Position numbers and translations under genes: made by a program. Below the pieces are notes generated by a model. The model was not told the origin of the DNA and made no database searches. It saw only the letters and a list, made by a program, of their open reading frames with translations. From NCBI RefSeq assembly GCF_000002075.1, contig NW_004797369.1:929623-982870 (forward strand): a DNA stretch of 53,248 nucleotides, given 5' to 3'. This DNA comes from Aplysia californica (Eukaryota). Positions 45,519 to 53,248 of the stretch are shown in pieces (within the stretch, counting starts at the first letter, position 1; each line of letters begins with the position of its first letter).

Positions 45519-48148
45519 AAGAGAGAGAGAGAGCTATTCATGGGGTGAGATTAATAATACAACCTGACATGGCAGAAAGAGTTATAGAGAAAGAATTAAT
45601 ATCAGAAAGGATCTTGAAAATCAGAGTACAGAAAGCGCAAAAAGGGAACCTATCGCCCAAGTTTACGCCCCTTGTAACGACACAAACTCAAGAGAAGATA
45701 AAGAAGAATGTTTTCAGAAGTTGGCGGACACCACAGACAGAGTACCTGATGATGAGGAACTACTTATAAAGGGAGACTTCAATGGACACGTAGGCCCAAG
45801 AAGAACACCATGAGAAAACTACCTTGGACCACACGGTGACACCAGTTCAGATTGTAACTATAATGGGGAACAAATATTGGCTCTCTGTGCAGAATATGAA
45901 CTATACATCACAAATACTTTTCACCAGCACAGGCCAAGACAAACTAGAAATTTCCTCACAGATCGACTTCATATTGAGATGAATCGTCCATAGAGCAAAA
46001 AAACTGATGCAAGATCAATCCCAAATATCAACTTTGATACAGATCACCGGCCCATGCGAAAACAGAAGAAGAAACATTCAGAGAAAATTAATTTACGAAA
46101 ACTCAAAGAAGAGGGCAATGTGCAGAAAGTTGAGGACGAGATCACAAAGAGACTGGAAAACCAAGACACCAGTTCGATGAACGTTGAAGAAACATGGACT
46201 CTCTTTAAAAACTTACTAACAGAAACATTGATAAACGTATGTGGAAAGAAGAGAATAGAATTGGGAGAGGATACGTTAAAGGAACACCATGGTGTGATGG
46301 CAACGTTAAAGAGGCCATCAAAGAAAAGAAGAAGCATTTTCTGAAATTGATAAAATCCAAGGAGGAAAACGACTACAAGCAATACAGACTAGCAAGAAGG
46401 AACTGCAAAAGAGTTGTTAGAGCATCAAAAAAATGAATCTTGGACAAAATATGGAGAACACCTAGGCGAACTGTGCCATAAATCACCACGTGACTTCTAC
46501 AGAAGTGTAAAATCAATGAGACTCAGAGAAGAACCGTACGACCCAACAGCTGTAATTAATGACAAAACAGGAAATCCCACTATCGACAGCTCCAAAATTA
46601 AACCTTGATGGAGGGAATATTTCTCAGAATTCTTGAACACCACCCAAAAGCAAACAAACAAAGAATTCCAACCAAGTCATCCAGAGGAAAAAGACCCACC
46701 AAAATACCAGCCCAATAAACAGAAGCGCAGGAATAGATAGGCTCACCACGGAGACCATCCTAGCATGTGGGGAAACTGGAATAACTTGGCTCACAAAAAT
46801 CTTCCAGAAAGCATGGACAGAAAGAAAAGTTCCCGGCGACTGTCAAAAAGCGGTCATAGTACCAATCTGGATAAAGAAAGGCAGTAAGAGAGACTGTGGA
46901 ATGTATAGAGGCATTTCACTGCTAAGCTATGTGGGCAAGATGTTCACCAAGATATTGGAATGGCGAACAAGACACGAATTTGAATCATTTCTGAGAGAGG
47001 TCCAAATGGGATTTAGAAAGGGAAGAGGATGCACCGACGCAATATTTACCCTACGACAAATGTGCGAAAGGGTAATAGAACACAACAGGGAACTAGATAT
47101 AGTATTTATCGACCAGGAGAAAGCGTTAGACAGAGTGAACTAAAACAAGCTGTGGAAAGAACTCGAAAACTACACTGTAAGGGGCAAACTTCTAGATAAC
47201 ATCCGCGACATTTACGACAACAGCATAAGTACAGTAAGAACACCAGAGGGACTCATAGAATGGTTCGAGATAACATACAGAGTAAGACAAGGTTGTGTTC
47301 TATATCCACTACTATTTAACATATATATGGATATAATTACAAAAGAGGGAAACACAGAATCAGACGCCCTAAATGAATTACTCTTCGTTGATGACCAAAG
47401 CCTGGCACACAAAGATGAACGAAGTCTCCAACACCACACCACCAGATTAAACGAAGAATGTAACAACTAGGACATGAAGATCAACATCAACAAAACAGAG
47501 ACAATGAAAGTAAGCAGAAAGCCAGAACCACTCAGGATACACACCAACAACAACAGTCTCAGACAGGTCCAAGAATTTAAGTACTTCGGAAGTATATTCA
47601 CAGGTGATGGGCGACTGAACAGAGAAATTAAAACACGAGTACAAAAGGCCAATAATGTTAGTTACCAGCTAACATCCCCATGACAACAAAACTCAAAATG
47701 ATCAACACCATATTATTCATCCAAACACTTACCTATCAATGCCAAACATGGACTACGAACAAGACATTAGAGCAAAGAATTACAACATGTGAAATGCGAT
47801 GCCTTAGAAAAGCAGTAAATAAGACCAGGCGAGATAAAATTAGAAACTCTGTAATACGAGAAATGGTGAGCACAAAAGATGTCATGCATCACATCCAACA
47901 CCAAAGAATCAAATGGTTCGGACATCTCCGACGATTACCAACACACCATCCAGCACAACGTGCCTACATAAAAAAAAGGCAACAAGGCTAGAGGGCGACC
48001 GAGAAAGACCTGGCTAGATGGAGTCAGGGAAACATTAACCACCTACGTCATCCCCTCGACCCAAGCTCTCATCCTGGCGACAGAGAAACGTCTCTTTCTT
48101 CCCGCGACACCCAAAAGGGTATAAGCGGCGGATAAAAGTAAAATTAAG
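44990..48148 (+). mobile_element. Near full-length decayed RTE/RTE-X-like LINE with 12-bp TSD
   Basis: Endonuclease motifs ICTLN, QVYAP, GDFNGHVG and TDHRP. RT motifs YRGISLLS, QMGFRKGRGCTDAIF, VRQGCVL.PLLFNIYMD, LFVDD, FKYFGS and KWFGHL. TSD ACTTAAAATGTC at 44978-44989 and 48149-48160. Many stops, plus a (GA)n expansion at about 45459-45532. Confidence 0.92.
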
Positions 48149-48460
48149 ACTTAAAATGTCATGGGCATAGAAGAGAAACAAATAGAGAATTGCTCCAAGC
48201 GGCAGGTTGCGAAAGATCTATAATCAGAACCACCAGAAAAAGGCAATTGAGATTCTCAGGCCACATAAATAGATCAGATGGACCAGACAAACTGCTGTGT
48301 GGAAAGATAAAGGGAAGAAAAGCAGAGGCAGACAAAGACCGCCATACACTTTGCAACGAATAATACAAAGAGAAAAACCGAGCTGATCAAGAGGACAGAC
48401 AACAGGAAGAAATGGGGTGCCGTAATCGTCAATATTGACTCGTTTTCCGGTACTGCTCAG
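48149..48460 (+). mobile_element. 3' fragment of an older RTE LINE (continues from 44958-44989)
   Basis: Joining across the TSD restores MWYLRRILKMSWA. Downstream RKRQLRFSGHINR matches RTE C-terminal motifs. Confidence 0.75.
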
Positions 48461-49136
48461 TGGCGAAGAGGCTCTTTCTAAGAACAAAGACAGAAAGATA
48501 TAAAAGGTTTATTTTATATTTTCTAGTATAAAATAACTGTCGGAATAAACATCAATGTATATTGCTATTTCGAATATATATTCATGAATCTATTTAACTT
48601 TAAAGGACAGTGATAAATCCCTGCATTTGTAAGATGCATCTTAAGTGATATTATGTGCCTTATTGTCAGCTTTGCTTTTCTTTTCATATCGAATTTTAAT
48701 GTAGAGTAATATATAACTTTTTTTCTATGTATACCTGCATGTCTTTCACGGCTCCTGCGCAGCCAGGAAAAATGCCCTCTTGGGACTGTAACATATTATC
48801 GTATCTGATCTTATCTCATATCTGCTTCAGACCTGACACCTCAAGAAGAAAAAGTATGAACACCCCTATTTCAACTTAAAACAAGCTGGTCCCTAAGCGG
48901 GTTACAAATTCCGTTCTAGTTTCAAGCTAAGTTAGGATATATATAACGTTCATATAGATAAACCTTTCGTCAATTCAGTTATCAAAAAAGCACATTACTT
49001 AACCGATATATTTGTCTCCTACTTTGCGAAGAAATACTCTCTTCTTGTGTTTATGTCCTTTTTTTCTTTAAAAAAAGACATTCCTATTCGTTACTACCGA
49101 CAGTTGCTACTACTACTTCGTTTTGATTTTCTGGGG

Positions 49137-49139
<3 letters not shown>

Positions 49140-49223
<84 letters not shown>

Positions 49224-49275
49224 GGAGTGGGGCTGGCGTTTTCTAATAATTGTACTGTTGTTCTTTGTCCAGTTG

Positions 49276-49351
<76 letters not shown>
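49140..49351. repeat. (TG)n and (GA)n microsatellites
   Basis: Directly visible at 49140-49220 and 49276-49351. Confidence 0.95.
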
Positions 49352-49354
<3 letters not shown>

Positions 49355-49950
49355 AATATAATTTACGATCGTACATCAGTATCGAAGAATACTTTCATTC
49401 ATTACAGAAAAATAGACACAATGAATAGATACATTCTATATGTTATTGAATCTGTAGGGAAATTTGTTTTACATAGGCGTACACAAATACATAAGAACTT
49501 GAATTCGTACATTAAATCAATAAATACAAGAGCATTACTCAAATCAAAAACATAGTGGATTCACAAACCAATGCTGGTTGCCGTTGTTTATCGTCCTGGT
49601 TATTTTTCTTTTTTCTTTAGCCATATTTATTATGTTGTACTCAAGGACACACCCTATTTACCACCAACCTAAACACCGTATCCTTGGTACACACTTGATC
49701 TTATTGTGAACCCATGCTTTCTATTTAATGGGCCAGGTGAGCCCCTAATATGTGTATGGGTTTACTGCCCACCTTTAACACCATTATAATGTTTAAGGAA
49801 AAAGAAACGTGCAGAGTACAGAGTTACAGCTAGCGCTTTATTTTCACAAAAGAATGAGTGGATCACACACCTAGTGAAGCAAAATAGAAATGAATTTTAA
49901 AACAAAATTCAAAAAGTCAGGAAAACTCTGAACTGGTTAGAAAAGCTCAG

Positions 49951-51780
49951 TTAATTGCTTTCCACAGTGGTTCTCTGAAGTATCCAACGGTAAAGGAGAC
50001 GCAAAACCCTAAAACAATCGCTTAACACCAAACTCCCAAATATTGGCAAAAACATACAGCCAAACACGACAAAACCAACTGAAGTGCTGGACTGCCTGTT
50101 GTCTATGGCAGACATTTTGCTCCTCACTCTTTTAGAGAGGTTCGCTGCAGGAACGTAGAGATAACTCTGGATGGCTGCAGTCTCTGTGGACAAGACTGTC
50201 TCATTTAGCAGATCTAGAAAACTCTGAAATCCAAGAAGACATTTACATGGGCATATCTTTTTTCGAACTTTTGAGACCGAGATTTGAGAAGTTTCTTCAA
50301 AAATGTTCGTGTAGTTGACGTGAGATGTCGTCATCTCTGTAGTGGTCATCTGAGGCTCACAGAACGTAGTATTATCGTAGGCCGATCTGAAAGGAACGAG
50401 TGGGATGGCCCAGCCACTAAGTGCTTTCTGAAATGCAATGATCAAACCACTGAATATACATCCTTCACTTTTTACTTGGATGGAATTTACCTGTTTGTTT
50501 GACGTAATAAACATTTCTCGTGAGCAAAACTGGCACTCGCCCCCTGTGTCTGCAGATGTTGTAGGTGTGTTCAGTTCTTGAATGGCAACTCCGACTTTTA
50601 CTTCATGTATACACTTGCACAGTGCGGTAATTATCATTTGGAATTTTATGTCATTAAAAGTTAAAATTTCGGCATAAGTGCCCCATTTTGAGATAGGAAA
50701 TAGAACTGTTGCTGACGTATCAAACATGTGGTTTTCGTCGTGCAGAAGTGGAATAACATACTGTACAACCAATACTGGGGAAGAAGCGCGCAGATGGATG
50801 ACCGTTTCCCCGTCGATTTTCAAAGAGAAAAATGTAGACGTAGTTTGAGATGTGTTTGCGCTTATTTCTATATTTTCCAAACCAAAAAAAGTCGTTAAAG
50901 GAGTAATAAACCCAATTTTGACGAAAGAATCTTTACTACCGTTGGCAAAAGGTGCTAAAACATATTCTTGTCCTAAAACAGACACAGGGGGCAACTGCTC
51001 GACAGTCATGTCTCTGTCAACGCACAAGGGCCCTCTCAGCCATACACAATCGAAATTAGCCCCTGCAATGACCACTACGTTCCTTTGTGCCTGGATCCGT
51101 GTACCTGTGAGATCAGTTCTACTACCCAAAATTTGCAGAACATCTAATGGGCCTACAGGTTCTCGTACCATTTGTCCTGAATACAATGTATTATTTTTGT
51201 CTTTATACATAACAGTATTGTTTGCTGGGTGCAGTTTTAGTTCAATAGCGACTTCATTTTCTCCCTCAGGATTCACAACGAGAAGAAAGCAAAATGAAAC
51301 GATACATTCTGTTACCACTAAATATTCATTAGATAGCAATCGAACGGACAAGACATTAAACGCTCCAATACTTTTAATTGTAAGATTTTTCCTTCTGATT
51401 TTTGAACTTCTTGCTTGGACAACCAGCTGAGCTGTGGAATTTACGACAATTCCTTGTTTCCTCCCTACACCTGAAAGGTCGAATTGAGCCAAATTCTCCA
51501 GGTACAGCAGCCATTGGTCGTTTGAATTGGACGTAAAGTTGTGTGTATATTTCTGAGTCTGTATTTCACCTGATGAAGTCTTCCGAGCGGGTGCTGTTAC
51601 AGTGACTTCGATGTTCTGCTCAAAGTCTTGTGAGAAAGGCGAGATGGCCAATGAAGGAATGGCGGTGTGGAGATGTTTTGGAAACGCTAGAACGTACTCG
51701 AACTGTTTGTCAGCTAAGATGTCTACAATAATCACAGCAAAGCACAAACATAGAAGTAATCCTTGAAGTGTTGAAGCCAT
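49951..51780 (-). CDS. IgGFc-binding domain type I membrane protein, paralog 5 (609 aa)
   Basis: Uninterrupted ORF. The first ATG is at 51780 (the ORF-track start is a TTG). Signal peptide MASTLQGLLLCLCFAVIIVDILA, motifs DLTGTRIQAQRNVVVIAG and VEQLPPVSVLGQEY, TM VGFVVFGCMFLPIFGSLVL. Confidence 0.9.
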   Translation of the reverse strand: MASTLQGLLLCLCFAVIIVDILADKQFEYVLAFPKHLHTAIPSLAISPFSQDFEQNIEVTVTAPARKTSSGEIQTQKYTHNFTSNSNDQWLLYLENLAQFDLSGVGRKQGIVVNSTAQLVVQARSSKIRRKNLTIKSIGAFNVLSVRLLSNEYLVVTECIVSFCFLLVVNPEGENEVAIELKLHPANNTVMYKDKNNTLYSGQMVREPVGPLDVLQILGSRTDLTGTRIQAQRNVVVIAGANFDCVWLRGPLCVDRDMTVEQLPPVSVLGQEYVLAPFANGSKDSFVKIGFITPLTTFFGLENIEISANTSQTTSTFFSLKIDGETVIHLRASSPVLVVQYVIPLLHDENHMFDTSATVLFPISKWGTYAEILTFNDIKFQMIITALCKCIHEVKVGVAIQELNTPTTSADTGGECQFCSREMFITSNKQVNSIQVKSEGCIFSGLIIAFQKALSGWAIPLVPFRSAYDNTTFCEPQMTTTEMTTSHVNYTNIFEETSQISVSKVRKKICPCKCLLGFQSFLDLLNETVLSTETAAIQSYLYVPAANLSKRVRSKMSAIDNRQSSTSVGFVVFGCMFLPIFGSLVLSDCFRVLRLLYRWILQRTTVESN

Positions 51781-52691
51781 GATTAAACAAAAAGGGTGAA
51801 GAAACGTCAAAGTCTCTCCTCAGGCACTCTTTAATGGTTTGACACTCAAAGAGTTCTGGACCACTTTGAGCTACTCAGTCAACTGGATAGTATCACGATT
51901 CGTTCTTCAGGGCAACAATTTAAAATGTAGGCGTGTTGCCAAGACTCTAATTTCACATTGGCATGTTTGTTGTGGGGAAACTAGATGTATTTAGTAAAAC
52001 GATGTTAATTCCAAATTTTGTTCATTGTGTGGGATAAGCCAAAAAAACAACAACAACCAAACCAAAATATTTACAATAGCAAGGATAAGACCCCTTGAAA
52101 GTGAGAGCAGAAACGTAAACCTCCACCATAAGGAGAATAATCTGTTTTCGAGGAAAGGTTGTACAGACTTTCATTTGGAATCGGACAAGCATCCTTAGTC
52201 ATTGCGGCTCTTCGAGAAATTATTTAGTGTATATTGACTGTCCATTCACTTTATGTTGCGTTCAATTCGCGTGCACTCTTCTTTTGGATAAAATATTACA
52301 CTCACCACACACTCTTCAACTTGTTATGCTTGGTATCAATTGAATAAAATGTTAAGAGATAGAGAATGCAGTTCGGTCAAATATATAGTGGTCTGTAAAA
52401 CTCTGTACCCCATTGAGCAGAATATAGTGATACAGGAGATACAAGGATCATTGTCGCGTTATACATTTTGGCATAAATCTTTGATTAACAGCGAGTGTTC
52501 ATTAGAAGTTTTACCCATTTTGAAAAACCGCTCTGTGTCTTTTGTAAACCGATTACCTCGACGGAAGTATTCACTCGATAGCTTTTCAAGAAGTCCCTGT
52601 CCATTGATTCTAGGGGTTTATTCTCTTCCTTTGTATCTGTTTCTTTTCAGGCTTTAAAGTACATATTGGCACGTGAGATGTCTTCTTTAAT

Positions 52692-52756
52692 GCAAGCACT
52701 CTGTTCACCCTTGCGTTGCCAGGGGCAAGCACTCTGTTCACCCTTGCGTTGCCAGG
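52692..52756. repeat. 33-bp tandem duplication
   Basis: GCAAGCACTCTGTTCACCCTTGCGTTGCCAGG occurs twice in tandem. Confidence 0.9.
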
Positions 52757-53191
52757 ACAAAACATTGAAAGGACAGAAACCAGCACATTAGAGATATCTC
52801 TTTTAAACTTGCTTTCCAAATCTACCATTCTCTTTCAAGAGATACATATATGCTTGGCCATCAGAGAAAAAGAGCCTGGCGGCGAGAGAGCTTAAAAAAC
52901 TCTCCTGACCGGAGAATTGTTGAGGTACACGCTCGCATCAATTTTGTATTGGGGAAGAAAAACGGATGAAACCTGGCGATTAACAACGGGCGCGCTAGAC
53001 ACATTGATTGCGTGTGTTGGTTTCAAAGAACTGAAAATACAATGCCAAAACATTGAGCTGAAGGGTTTGCAAAGTGTTTGGTTCTTCCCACTTCAATATT
53101 CTTCACAGCAGGAAGGATATTGCACCTAGCTTGGAGACAGAAGAAATTTGATTGTGCTATTAGACAGGGCTCTGGTTTTGGTTTTGGTCTT

Positions 53192-53208
53192 TGTGTGTGT
53201 GTGTGTGT

Positions 53209-53248
<40 letters not shown>
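53192..53248. repeat. (TG)n microsatellite at the window edge
   Basis: Directly visible. Confidence 0.95.

Overview
Repeat-rich eukaryotic (invertebrate, probably molluscan; inferred from the repeat types and protein architecture) draft genomic DNA with many N gaps and microsatellites. The core of the window is a head-to-tail array of five intact paralogous genes on the minus strand, each with an uninterrupted ORF (about 570-731 aa from the first conserved ATG). Each encodes a 23-aa signal peptide, an IgGFc-binding-protein N-terminal-like (FCGBP-N) ectodomain, a Ser/Thr-rich stalk of very variable length, a conserved CPCxC...LN(E/R)T...RSK..A.D.R(P/Q)S juxtamembrane module, one transmembrane helix and a short tail. 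The paralogs share framework sequence but differ sharply in three short loops, one of them a fixed C-x7-C. Copies 1 and 4, 25 kb apart, share a 143-bp perfectly identical tract that suggests gene conversion. Together this looks like a diversifying cell-surface receptor cluster of unknown function. The intergenic DNA holds decayed RTE and Rex/Babar-like LINEs (including nested insertions), at least three tRNA-derived SINE families, MITE-like inverted-repeat elements, minisatellites in putative 3' UTRs and one unexplained coding-like GC-richer island. All calls were made by eye; no database searches were run.
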